A stretch of 64,000 nucleotides of DNA from Chiloscyllium plagiosum (lineage: Eukaryota). A model generated the notes under the pieces. It had not been told where the DNA came from and ran no database searches. It saw nothing but the letters and a program-made list of their open reading frames with translations. Shown here piece after piece: positions 50,829-63,543 of this stretch. Each line of letters opens with the position of its first letter. Position 1 is the first letter of the stretch. Position numbers and translations under genes: made by a program. The DNA is taken from assembly GCF_004010195.1 (NCBI RefSeq), contig NC_057751.1:7516446-7580445 (forward strand), in the 5' to 3' direction.

Positions 50829-50947
50829 CTCTGATGAAGAGCTTATGCCGGAAATGTCGATTCTCCTGCTCCTTGGATGCTGCCTAACCTGCTGTGTTTT
50901 TCCATCGACTCTGATCTCCAGCATCTGCAGTCCGTCCTCACTTTCTC
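50829..50947 (+). mobile_element. Penelope-derived monomer starting at a hammerhead core
   Basis: TSD caaatgtggctcat / caaatatgcctcat. CTGATGA-AGAGC-TTAT-GCCG-GAAA-TGTC at 50831-50858. Confidence 0.8.
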
Positions 50948-51059
50948 CAAATATGCCTCATTAGCCTTCTAAATGGAAGCATTGCAAATACACGAGAAAA
51001 CCAAGGGTTGAAAGCAGGGTGGGGGGGGATGAAATAAAATGACTATCATTCGAGAAAAT

Positions 51060-52040
51060 TTATGATGGAAATCCATGGTACGAAAGGTCGAAAAGTTCCT
51101 GAATCCTGATGGATTGCACCCTGGAATATGAAACAAAGTAGCAACAGAGATAATTGATATACTGGCTGCAATCTTCCAAAATTCCTGAGACTATGGAAAA
51201 GTCTGAGAGCACTGGAAAACTGCCAATGTAAGGGAAGAAAACATAAAAAGAAAAGCTAACTGTAGGCCAGTGAGGGTAACATCTGTCAAAGGGAAAATGA
51301 AGATGTAACAGCACAATATTTGGAAATGCAAAATGCGATCAACCAAAGTCACCAGGGCTTCACAAAAGGAAATCATGTCTGATAAATTAATTATAACACT
51401 TTGCAGAGGTAAACAGGATCGATACCGCAGAACACACAGGTATAATATAGTTGGTTTTCTATATATTTGGTAATATATACCACACAGTTATCTACTTAAT
51501 AAGTCAACAGCCTAAGGAATTGAGAAGGTACAGAAGCCTGAACACACGCACCAGCTGGTTTTGAAACAGTTTCTACCCTGTTGTTATAATATTGAATAGA
51601 CTCACAAACTCTTAACATTCGCCTGTACCTGTCTTTGTTTTTACCGCTGTTTACTTATCGATGCTACTTAACTCTGTGATCTGCATGTATTGCTTGCAAG
51701 ACAAAGCTTTTCACAGTGCCTATGACAATAAATTCAATGCAATTCAATATGTTAACATTCACAGAGGATCAGCTAACTGGTAGAAAACAGAGATATAGGG
51801 TAAAGGGAGCACTTTCAGGACGCCAGTATCTGATCGACAGAGTGCCCATCGTGTCAGTGCTGGGGCCACAATTGCTTACAATGTGTATTAATAACTTGGA
51901 TGAGGAAAGTGTAAGTACTATGAACAAGTTTGCTGGTGACACAAAAGTAGTGGGGAGAAGGCATGTGATAATGATGACACAGAGTCCTCAGAGGATACAG
52001 TCAGGGTTAAGAGAGTGGGAAAACATCTTGGAAGATTCAA
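51060..52040 (+). mobile_element. Old CR1 RT fragment interrupted by a Rex1/Babar-like 3' end (51525-51748)
   Basis: CR1 translation SVLGPQLLTMCINNLDE..KFAGDTK. The insert reads RYRSLNTRTS..NSFYP and ends in (caatt)-type repeats. Confidence 0.7.
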
Positions 52041-52059
52041 CATACTGTTTCACCTAAAA

Positions 52060-52555
52060 GGCACAGATTTGGAGCATGGCAGAATACTCTCCACTTGCCT
52101 GGAAGGGTGCAACTCTGACAAAACTCAAGAACCTCAATACCATTCGCTTGACTGACACCCTATTGATGATGTTAAACATCCACTCCCTCCATCACACCTA
52201 CCGCAGCAGCAATGTGTATCATCTGCAGGACGCACTGCAGAGATTTAGCAAGATTTCATCGACAGCACCTTGCAAAGTTCTGACTTTTACAATTGAGAAG
52301 GACAAGGGCAGCAGAAGCAAGAGAACATCAGAGCCTGCCAAATCCCCGCTGAGATGCACACCATCCCTATTCTGAACCAATTCGCCGTCCCTTCGCTGAT
52401 GCTGGGTCAAAACCCTGGAACTTCCTTCCTGACTGCACTATGTGCATACCTACACGAGAAGAACTGCAGCAGATAATGAAGGCAGCTCACCACCACCTTC
52501 TCCAGGTCAAATGGAGATGGGCACCATCCCTTTCATAAAGAAAATAAATAAATAA
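52060..52555 (+). mobile_element. LINE-B 3' end
   Basis: Translation EYSPLAWKGA..T.LKNLNTI...NIHSLHH, with the shared tail. Confidence 0.8.
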
Positions 52556-53356
52556 ATACACGTAAACCAAAGCATGTGGACCGAATGAACTTTTCGTGCT
52601 CTGAGGTGTCCTTTCTTTGCTTGCTGTGAAAAAAGACCTGCAATGACTTTGGCTCATCTCCAGAATGCTCACCTTTCTCTGACAGAGACACACGCTGCTC
52701 CTGCTTAATACTCAGCAACACTCAATGACATACGCATGGCATGGAACTCATGTGAAGACTGAGACAAGCTCAGCAGTGATGACTCTTAATTCTCAACAGC
52801 TTGCCAGGACGGAAAGGATGAAGTACTTGGGACAAGGTCACAAAAGATCGTTGAGAATTCACAGCTAAGTCACCATAGATTGGAGCAGTGAGACGAGATT
52901 CAGCGAAAGGTGAGCCAGGTAAATCTCGCAAAGTACTGAGCACAATGGCTTGACGACAATCAGGACTCCAGAAGAATATAAAAACCAGGGCTTCAATGTA
53001 ATACAGCAAACAAACTGGAAAGCTCTATTCATGTCACTCTTGAGAGCAAGTGCAAAGAAACTGGAACATATCACATTGTAATCTCCATGGAAAAGCAGGT
53101 CCGTGGTCTGTGAAGGGGACACATAGCCTACCTTCAAAGACTTCTTTGATACTGCATTTTGTTAGCCCTGCTGGCACATTAAGATTCATAACAGGGAATC
53201 AAACTTAATTATACATGAATCACGAATCTAAAAATGAATTGAAATATTACTTTGTCAATTTACTTTTCTCTCTTGCTGGTTTCTCAGCAGTTTGAGATTT
53301 TATGATTTCATACTTCAACAAGGCTGTTTTAGCGAAATAAATTTCAGGGAATGACA

Positions 53357-53845
53357 CCCTCTTTCAGTGCTTTTGGCTGACGAATCAAGTTTATTCGGCA
53401 TTGCCTGTTGAGCTGGATAAGTGGAGAAATTTAGAAGAATGAGGGGAGTATAATGGAGACATATAAAATTATGAAGGGAACAGATAAGATAGAAGCAGGG
53501 AGGTTGTTTCCACTAGCGGGTGAAACGAGAACGAGAGGGTCATAGCCTCAAAATGAGGGGCAGCAGATTTAGGGCTGAGTTGAAGAGGAAATTCATCAAC
53601 CAAAGAATCTGTGAATCTGTGGCATTCCCAGCCCAGCAAAGCAGTTGAGGCTTCCTTGTTGAATGTTTTTAAGGCGAAGATAGACAGATTTTTGAACAGC
53701 GAAGGAATTAAGGGTTATGGTGAGTGGATGTGTAAGTGGAGCTGAGACCACACACACATCAGCCATGATCTTATTGAATGGCGGAGCAGGCTGAAAGGGC
53801 CAGACGGCCTACTCCTGTTCCTGTTTGTCATGCTCTTATGTTCTC
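53357..53845 (+). mobile_element. Unique head plus CR1 3' end with complete tail
   Basis: See 48353-48655. Continues to the gaatggcggagcaggctgaaagggcc tail. Confidence 0.88.
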
Positions 53846-54305
53846 CTCCAAGGACACGTGCAAGCGAGCCATGATATCGATGGACATCGACGCAACAAAG
53901 GTAGCCACCAAAGGTTGTGGTCTGTGCAGACTGACTGTTAGGAGGAGAAACATAAAACTCAGCTGGCTGAGCAGAGGGCCCCAGAGTAACAGGGTCTGGA
54001 GAATCCTTAAGATTCCCAGTCCACGGCCTTCCTCCACTGCTAGTCACCTTTGACAGCACCTTCCAAACCCAGAACCACAACCATGTAGAAGTATAAGGAC
54101 AGCAAATGTGTGCAAGGATCAGCACCTGCAAGCCCCACCCACTCCAAGTCAATCGCCATCCTGAATCTGAAATATCTCACCTCCCCTATTGTTGGGCCAA
54201 AATCCTGTAAGTTCCTTTCGCACAGCACTGTGACACATGGTAGGTTAAGATGCCAGGTGGATGAGGGGTATGGATGGGCAAGGGGTAGGGTTCCAGACGG
54301 ATGAG

Positions 54306-54387
54306 GGGTAAAGTGACAATCAGACGGGTGAGGCTACAGAGGATGAGGGTAAAGTGACAATCAGACGGGTGAGGCTACAGAGGATGA
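54306..54387. repeat. Exact 41-bp tandem duplication in a G-rich tract
   Basis: gggtaaagtgacaatcagacgggtgaggctacagaggatga x2. Confidence 0.95.
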
Positions 54388-54764
54388 GTCTGCAGAGGGA
54401 GTCAGGAGTTGGAAGAAGGGCCAGAACCAGTCAGTGGGGGTTGTGGCGATGGGGATGGTTGAAAGTTGGAGGTCAGGTTGGATTGGACCATGTCTGCTGA
54501 TGTCGGGTGTCTTTGGGGTTTAGGGCTGGGGACTGGCTCGGGTCTGGGGGAAGAGACATTTCAGTCACCCATGCACAGTCAAAGTTGGGGAAGGATGGGG
54601 GCATGGTGTTGCATGCTTAAGGGAAATGTGTGGGAATCCGGCGCGTACAGTCAGCTCCAAGGACTGTAGCAATTATAACATCAGCTTCCGCTGCCCTTTC
54701 AGGGATTGCGATGGAGAACACAAGAACTCACTGGGCTCAAAAAGAACGCTTCTCTCCTGACGAA

Positions 54765-55483
54765 GTCAGATAACATGGAATCAGACCCTTTGGTCCAACC
54801 AGTCCATACTGACCATGTTCCTACACTAAACTAGTCCCACCTGCCTGTGCTTGGCCCAAATGCCTGTAAATCTTTACAATTAATGTACTGATTCAAATGT
54901 CTTTTAAATGTCATAATGTATCTACATTTACCACTTGCTCTGGCAGTTCATTCCACACGTGAACCAATCTGCATAAAAAGTTGCCCCTTGTGTCCTCGCA
55001 CCCTAAAAAATATGTCCCCTAGTTTTGAACTCCCCCACCCTAGGGAAAAGATCCTTGTCATTCACTTTATCTATGTCCCCACATGATTTAATAAGCCTTA
55101 ATAAGGTCACCCCTCAACCTCTAAAACTTCAGTGAGAAAAGAACCAATCTGTCCAGTCTATTTTTATATCTCAAACCCTCCAAACCTGGCAATATCCTGG
55201 TAAATCTTTTGTGAACCTTCTCCAGTTAATTAATACCCTCCCAACAAAAGAGCAGCAAAAACTACACAAAGTAGTCCAGAAACGGCCTCACTGACGTTCT
55301 GTACAACTTCAACACGACGACCTAACTCCAATACTCAAAAGGTCTCAGGAACGACAGCACGCGTGCTGAATGTCTTCTTGACCACCCTGTCCACCTGTGA
55401 TGCAAACTTTAAAGAATTATGTACCTGCACCCCTAGGTCTCTCCCTTTTACAACACTCTCCAGGACCCCATCATTAATTGTAT
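54765..55483 (-). mobile_element. CR1 3' fragment
   Basis: Same family as 35365-36075. Confidence 0.9.
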
Positions 55484-55705
55484 AAAGTTAAAAATCACAC
55501 AACACCGGGGCTGTTGTCCAACAGGTTTATTTGAAAGTACAAGCTTTCGGAGCACTACTACATTGCATCAACTGTTTATCTTTTACTATAAATTCTGTGT
55601 TCAATGATCCTGCCCTACAAGCCACCTGACAAACAAGCAGAGCTCCAAAAGCTTGTACTTTCAAATAAACCTTTTGGACTATAACCTGGTGTTGTGATTT
55701 TTAAT
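55484..55705. mobile_element. Palindromic mini-element, second Penelope-like family
   Basis: Arms ttaaaaatcacacaacacc...aggtttatttgaaagtacaagct and agcttgtactttcaaataaacc...ggtgttgtgattttta. Homologue at 61921-62116. Confidence 0.8.
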
Positions 55706-56550
55706 TGTTAACTCCAAAGTGCAAGTGAGCAATTACTGGTTGTGCATCAAGTTGTGTCTTGGTGAGTCCCAAAACAAACTGCCTGGTTTTAGATAGTGCC
55801 ATGCACATTTCCTCCTGATATCTAAGCTACAGCTGGCTTGTGCTAATTAAGTTGGCGCGAGCAGGAAAAAAACTGAACAAGACTTCCCAGATTCACATGT
55901 AAAAGACAAGTTGAAGACAATGTTATTCTTGCACAGTCTGGAGAGAAGGGAGGGAGGGAGAAGGGAAACAAGAAGAAGATGAAATAAGATTCCTTAAAAG
56001 ATAGCTTGCCGGTGGTTCACAAGACAAAAACAGTTTCCACTTTTCTCCAATGCTTTGTTGTCAGAACATCTGCATAGTGCAGTTTCCCAACCCACGCTTG
56101 TGTTTCTCTTTGTTTGAAGGAATAGTCTCCCAGAGGGGGAGGTGCATAGAATTCTTGACAAAACTTCCAAAACTCTTCACACGTGACAGCGGAGAGCGTC
56201 AGCAGTGCAGTTCCTCGTGGAGAAGTCACCGTCCCTCATTAACACTCTATCGGATTGCAAGTGAGAGTGAACACAACTGGAGAATAGGGGACAGCTGTCA
56301 ACCTGTCAGAGTTTTAATTGCTTCCTTGACCGCCCACTGAGATTTCCACAATAGCTCCAGCGAACGAACAGAAGGACTTGATCTGTCTCTTCATCTTCAG
56401 AGAAACATGCTCCTTTTGTCATTCTGCAGTTTAATCTGGCTTACTTTCTTCACTCCGAACTTGATATTTTCTAATCAACCTGTTCAGAGATGTTATCGCA
56501 CAACTCGGGAGAAGGTGGGACTTGGATTCAGGCAGCTGGGCTGAGAGGTA

Positions 56551-56864
56551 GGGGCAGCACGGTGGCTCAATGGTTAGCACTGCTGCCTCACAGCACCAGG
56601 GTCCCAGGTTCGATTCCAGCTTCGGGCGACCGTCTGTTTGGAGTTTGCACATTCTCCCTGTGCCTGCGAGGGTTTCCTCCAGGTGCTCTGGTTTCCTCCC
56701 ACAGTCCAAACATGTGCAGGTTAGGTGAATTGGCCATGCTAAATTGCCCATGGTGTTAGGTGCATTCGTCAGAAGCAATTGGGTCTGGGTGGGTTACTCT
56801 TCAGAGGGTCGGTGTGGACTTGTTGGGCTGAAGGGCCTGTTTCCACAATGGAGGGAATCTAATC
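56551..56864 (+). mobile_element. HE1-type SINE
   Basis: A and B boxes, body and tail. Confidence 0.95.
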
Positions 56865-57584
56865 TTACCATGAAACCACAAGAGTCATTCTCACCCAATT
56901 CACCATTCCTTTCTCAACCCGTGTCAGCCGTGGCTCAGTGCTTAGCAGGCTCATCCCTTAAGACAGAAGGTTATGGGTTCAGGTTACACTCCAGAAAATG
57001 GAGTACAGGTTATTCTGTCATAATATCTTTTTGTTCATGCAAATTCACTCTCTGTAAAGATTCACTTTCAGACAATAGGGATCATTTCCCAAAGTCAATA
57101 AAGAAACAGTGTATGGTGTAGGATGTTCATGTGGCTTCCAGTCTCACATTCTGGTGGACCAAGGTGGATGCCACCAAGTACAAGCACATAATTCCAGCAT
57201 CTGTGGTTACACACTTGCTCGGGAAACACAGTCATGAGGGGACACGGACACACACACTTCAAGAGTGTGGTCAGGAGGTGGACTGGTCCCAAGGTGCACC
57301 CTCAACAAGAGGTTTTCTCAGGGACGGGAGAGCTGGGCTGTGAAGCTCATTTCCCACCAACCCCCACTGTCCCCAGCACGAACTGGAACATCCTATCAAC
57401 GTCCAAAGCAGCAGATGCACCCTAAGAATAGTAAACCCAGGCGAGAGGTTTGCAGTGAACAACCTCTGCAATAACAACTCTGAACAGGTTGATTCAAAAA
57501 AAGAGGTTAAATTTTACTCTGTACATTACCAAGACTATAGAAAGACAGTGCACTTCTTCCATCTCGTTTGCAGCAAAAGAAATG

Positions 57585-58790
57585 GAACATAGTAAAAGAA
57601 AAGGACAGCACAGAACAGGTCCTTCGGCCCACAATGTTGTGCTGCGGATGATTCCTAATCTAAATTAAAATAACCTAACCTACGCACCCCTCAATTCACT
57701 GCTGTCCATGTGCACGCCCCTAATGACTCTGCTTCCACCACCACCACTGGCAACGCACTCCATGCATTCACAACTCTCTGCATAAAGAACCTACCTCTGA
57801 CGTCTCCTCTATACCTTCCTCCTAATACCTTAAAGCTGTGACCCCTCGTGCCACTCAATCCTACTCTGGGGAAACGTCTCTGGCTATTGACTCTATCCAT
57901 GCCTCTTATTACCTCAATCAGGTCATCTCTCTTCCTCCTTCTCTCCAGAGAGAAAAGTCCAAGCTTAGTCAACCTCTCTTCGTAAGACAAGCCCTGGAGT
58001 CCAGGCAGCATCCTGTTAAACCTTCTTTGGACCCTCTCCATAGCCTCTGTATCTTTCCTATAATTGGGCGACCAGAACTGGACACAATATTCCAAGTGTG
58101 GTCTCACCCGGGACTTGCAGAGCTGCAGCAAAACCTCACGGCTCTGAAACTTGATCCCTCTGTTATTGAAAGCCAAAACACTATATGCTTTCTGAACAAC
58201 CCTATCCACATAGGTGGCAACTTTGAGGGATCTATGTATTTGCATACCCAGATCCCTCTGTTCCTCCACACTGCCAAGAATCCTGTCTTTAATCCTATAT
58301 TCAGAATTCAAGTTTAACCTTCCAAAATGCATCACTTCACATTTATCCAGGTTGAACTCTATCTGCCATTTCTCAGTCCAGCTCTGCATCCTGTCTATGT
58401 CGCGTTGCAGACTGCAGTAGCCCTCAATACTATCAACGGCACCTCCAACCTTTGTGTCATCGGCAAATTTACTAACCCACCCGTCAACCTCCTCATCCAA
58501 GTCATTTATAAAAACTACAAAGAGCAGAGGACCAAGATAAGAGCCCTGAGGGACACCATTCACCACTCATCTCCAGGCAGAATACTTTCCATCTACAACC
58601 ACTCTTTGCCCTCTGTCAGCTAACCAATTCTGAATCTAGATAGCCAAATTTCCCTGTATCCCATACTTCCTGACTTAATGAATGACCCTAACCTGGGGAA
58701 CCTTCTCAAATGCCTTGCTGAAGTCCAGATACACCACATCCACTGCTCGACCTTGGTCGACCTGTCTCGTCACCTCGTCAAAGAACTTAC
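57585..58790 (-). mobile_element. Young CR1 LINE 3' ~1.2 kb with a 291-aa open RT stretch
   Basis: ORF 57691-58566: GVPQGSYLGPLLF, FADDTK, LEYCVQFWSP and RGHSFKV. Confidence 0.97.
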
Positions 58791-59194
58791 TGTGACTGTC
58801 AAAGAAGGACTGCCCTATTGAAAACAAGTGCATTCATGAGTTTGCTGTCTTTCTGAAATGTATCTCTCAGGATGACACCAGTCCTAAATCTGCAATAGGT
58901 TTTTGTTTTACAGCACTTTAAAACATTTGAGAACTGACAGGAATTTCTACACAGCCCCAATCCTGGAGTTTCCTTGCACCTTCCACGTGGTATTAATTAC
59001 CTCAGGATCGAGCTGTAACCACAGTTGAGCAATTCATACAGTGAATGTAGATTGCCCACAGTTCAAACATAAATGAATTAAACCATGAAACAGAACAGGA
59101 ACTGCACTTTCGGAAGGCAGGAATGGTAACAGGAAACGAGGGACTCAAGCCATGTAATGTTTGACATTGTAACTTCATTTCTTTACTTTCCTAG

Positions 59195-59522
59195 TATTAG
59201 GTGCATTAGTCAGGGGTAAATGTCGGGTCTGGGTGGGTTACTCTTCGGAGGGTCAATGTGGACTTGTTGGGCTAAGTGGCCTGTTTCCACACTGGGAGAA
59301 AGTGAGGACTGCAGACGGTGGAGATCAGAGTTGAAGAGTGTGACACTGGAAAAGCACAGCCGGTCAGGCAGCACCCAAGGAGCAGGAGAGTCGAAGCTTC
59401 GAGTATAAGTTCTTCATGAGGAATACTGCCTGATGCTCAGATGCTGCCTGACCAACTGTGCTTTTCCAGCACCACACTCTTCAATACTGTTTCCTCATTG
59501 TCGGAAATCTAATCTAATCTAA
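59195..59522 (+). mobile_element. HE1 3' fragment interrupted by a Penelope-derived palindromic element (59295-59486)
   Basis: Degenerate TSD ctgtttccacactg (59281-59294) / ctgtttcctcattg (59487-59500). Confidence 0.85.
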
Positions 59523-59669
59523 AGACTGTCGTGCTAAACTTTGAAACGTACTTCTTCATTTCCCTATCTCTGTAACTAAGATTTTGGACCTAGTTACTTT
59601 GGAACTAAGATGGTGCCTTGTGTGGTTCAGTACATGCTACAACAAAATCCAAATCTAAATGTGCAGAGA

Positions 59670-60017
59670 TTTAGGTTAGTATCCCTACAGTGTGGAAACA
59701 GGTCCTTCAGCCCAATAAGTCCACATTAACCCTCCGAAGAGTAACCCACCCAGACCCATTCCCCTACCCTGTATTTACCCCTGACTAATACACCTAACAT
59801 ACACATCCCTGAACACTATGGGCGATTTAGCATTACCAGTTCACCTAACCTGCACATATTTGGATTGTGGGAAGGAACTGGAACACCCGAAAGAAACCCA
59901 CACAGACACAACGAGAACGTGCAAACTCCACACAGACAGTTGCCTGAGGTGGGAATTGAACCTGGGTCCCTGGCGCTGTGAGGCAGCAATGTTAACTACT
60001 GAGCCAGCATGCCACCC
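59670..60017 (-). mobile_element. HE1-type SINE
   Basis: Full head, body and tail. Confidence 0.95.
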
Positions 60018-60517
60018 CAGAGACTGGAGAATATGCTGTTATTTCCATTATAGCAGAATAGATCATAAGATCCTGCAGTTGAGCGTTCCACTCAGTTCCC
60101 TGAATCTTCCCCTCCACCAACTCCCGAAGATTGTGGGCTGATCCATTCGTAACCTTCACTTCACTTTCCTGCCTGTCTCTCAAAACCTTAGCTTCCTTTG
60201 TTCATGAGGAGGGAAAGAAGATTCAACAATTCTCTTTAAAATCAGTAAGGTTCTGATTGGGTAAATAAAAATAAACCATTTTCAGTAGTTAAAAAAGTCA
60301 GTGACCAGATGACAGAGATTTAAGATGAGTTGCAAAAGGGGCGACAGAAGGTAACTTATTTTTCAATCTCGCAAGCTGCAGTGACCTCACTGAAAGGATA
60401 TTTGCAGGTCAGTAATAAACTTAAATGAGCGAAGTAAGCAGAAAGCATTTCTAGGATCGGGAGAAAAGAACAGGGCAGCCTGAACAATGATCGAGAACAG
60501 CTAATGTAGAATACTGG

Positions 60518-61025
60518 TGTCATAGAGATGTACAACATGGAAACAGACCCTTCAGTCCAATTCATTCATGCTAACCAATTATCCTAAATTAATCTAGTCC
60601 CATTTGCCAGCTTTTGACCCATATCCCTCTAAACCCTTCCTATTCATGGACCCATCCAGATGCATTCTCAATGTTGCAATTGTACCACACTCCACCGCTT
60701 CCTCTGACAGCTCATTCTATACACGCACCACCCTCTGCATGAAAAAAGTTGCCACTCGGGTCCCTTTTTAAATCTTTCTCCTCTCACCCAAATCTATGCC
60801 CTCTCGTCGTTGACTCTCATACCAAGGGGATAAAGATCTTGGCTATTCACCCTTTGCATGCCGTTCAAGATTTTATAAACCTCCATGTGGCCACCCCTCA
60901 GCCTCTGACATTCCAGGGAAAGATCACCCCAGTTTTTTGGCCTCTCCCTATAGCTCAAACTCTGCAAGTCCGGAACATCCTTATAAATCTTTTCTGCACC
61001 CTTTCAAGTTTAACAACATCTTCGT
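60518..61025 (-). mobile_element. CR1/HER1 3' fragment
   Basis: Same family as 40118-40655. Confidence 0.92.
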
Positions 61026-61029
61026 TTGA

Positions 61030-63543
61030 ACCAGGTTGGTCAGGATAACCTTGAGGAGGAGTTCACCAAATGTATCCGCAATAGTTTTCTTGAACAGTAT
61101 ATAATGGAACTGATGAGGGAGCAAGCTATCTTAAATCTGGTCCTGTGTAATGAGACAAGAATAACTGATGATCTCATAGTTAGGGATCCTCTTGGAAGGA
61201 GCGATCACCGTGTGGCTGAATGTAGAATACAGATGGAAACGCAAAGCTAAATTGAGGTGAATTGGCCATGCTAAATTGCCCGTAGTGTTAGGTGAAGGGG
61301 TAAATTTAGGGGAATGGGTCTGGGTGGGTTGCGCTTCGGCGGGTCGGTGTGGACTGGTTGGGCCGAAGAGCCTGTTTCCACACTGTAAGTAATCTAATCC
61401 AATACCAGGCTCCTGTGTTTAAACAAAGGAGACAACAATAAGATGAGAGAGGAGTTGGCTGAAGTAGACTGGAAGCAACAACTTTATGGTGGGACAGTTG
61501 ATGAACAGTGGAGGACTTTCAAGGCAATTTTTCAAAGTGCTCAGCAAAAGTATATTCCAGTGAAAAGGAAGGGCTGTAGGAAAAGCAGTAATCTGTCATG
61601 GATTCCTAAGGAAATATGGGAAGCTGTCAAATTAAAAGCGAAGGCACACAAAATGGCAAAGACTAACAGCAAACTAGAAGATTGGGAAAACTTTAAAAGT
61701 CAACAGAAAGCCACAAAAACACCTATAAAGAAAAGTAAGATTATGAGAGTAAACTAGAATATAAAGATAGGTAGCAAAACAGTGGCTAAGTTAAACATTG
61801 GTCCTTTACAGGATGAGAAGGGGTATTTCGTAATGGGATATGAGGAAATGGCCAAGATACTGAACAGGTAATTTGTGTTGGTCTTCACAGTGGAGAACAC
61901 AAATAACATGCCAAATACTGTTAAAAATCACCCAATATCAGGCTATAGTCCAATAGGTTTATTTGGAAGTACAAGTTTTCATAGTGCTGCTCCTTTGTCA
62001 GGTAGCAACGCTCTGAAAGCTTGTATTTCCAAATAAACCTGTTGGATGATAACCTGGTGTTATGCGATTTTTAACTTTGTCCACCCCAGTCCAACACCAG
62101 CACCTCCACATCATAGATGGCAGATACTGACAAGCAGACAAAGATTGGTGAGGACCTGGAGACAATCAATATCACAAAAGAGGTAATGTTGGGCAAACTA
62201 ATGGAGCTAAAGGTAGACAAGTCTCCTGGCCCTGATGAAATGCATCCCAGAGTACTAAAAGAGATGGCGAAGGAAATACCAAATGCACTTGTGGAAATTT
62301 TCCAAAATTCGCTGTACTCTGGGGCAGTTCCAACGGATTAGAAAACAGCAAATGTGAAGCCACTGTTTTAAAAGAGAGGTAGACAAAAGATGGGGAGTTA
62401 TCGGCAGGTAGTGGGGAAAAAGCTTGAATCTACTATGAAGGAAGAAATAGCAAGCTATCTAGATTGAAATTGTCCTATTGGGCAGAAGCAGCATGGTTAA
62501 TGAAGGGCATGTCATGCTTAGCTAATCTACTGGAATTCTATTAAGACGTTACAAGCATGGTGGACAATGGGGTCCCAGTGGATGTGGTGTACCTAGATTT
62601 CCAAAAGACATTCCAAAAGTTCTGCACAAAAGGCTGCTGCATTAGATAAAGATGCATGACGTTACAGGGTCATGTAGTAGCATGGATAGAGGAATTGGTT
62701 AACTGACTGGAAGCAAAGAGTGAGAATAAATGAATGTTTTTCTGGTTGGTGATCGGTGACTAGGGGCATGCCTCAAAGGGATCAGTGTTGGGATCACAAT
62801 TATTCACAACTTATACAGATGATTTGGAGTGTAGTGTGTAGTGTAGTGTGTTAAAGTTTGCGGATGACACTAGGATGAGTAGTAGGGCAAAGTGTACAGA
62901 GGACTGTGAAACTTTTCTGAGGGTCATAGATAATGTAAGTGAGTGGGCAAAGATCTGGCAGAAGCAGTACAACATGAATAAATGTGAAGTCATCCATTTT
63001 GGTAGGAATAATACTAAAAAGGACGATTATTTGAATGGTAACACATTGCAGCATGGGAACTGGGTGTCCTTGTGCATGAATCACAGAAGTTTGGTCTGCA
63101 TATGCAACAGGTAATTCAGAAGGCAAATGGAATTTTGTCCTTCACTGCTAAAGAGATTGAGGTTAAAATCAAGGAGGTTATGTTGTAGCTCTATATGGTG
63201 CTGGTGAGGCCACACCCCTGGAATACTGTGTGCAGTTTTGGTCTCCTTACTTGAGAAAGGATGTACTGGCACTAGAGGGGGTGCAGAGGAGGTTGATTCC
63301 AGAGTTGAGAGGGTTGGCTTATGAGGACAGACACTGAGTAGACTGGGATTACATTCATTGGAATTTAGAAGAATGAGGGCGAATCGCATATAAATACATA
63401 AAATAATGAATGGAATATATAAGATAGAGGTAGAGAGGATGTTTCCACTGGCAAGTGAAACTAGGACAAGAGGGCATAGCCTCAAAACTAGGGAAGTAGA
63501 GTTAGGACTGAACTGAGAAGGAAATTCTTCATCCAAAGGGTTT
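61030..63543 (+). mobile_element. CR1 LINE ORF2 (EN end through RT), degraded; interrupted by an HE1 fragment (61254-61399) and a palindromic element (61921-62116)
   Basis: Translations ILNLVLCNE...PLGRSDH, KSPGPDEMHPRVLKE, KFADDT and NKCEVIHFGRNN. Confidence 0.95.
61921..62116. mobile_element. Palindromic mini-element, second Penelope-like family
   Basis: Inverted arms. TSD atgccaaatactg / atggcagatactg. Confidence 0.8.

Noticed and set aside
57691..58566. 291-aa ORF as a host gene
   Set aside because: It is 5'-truncated CR1 reverse transcriptase.
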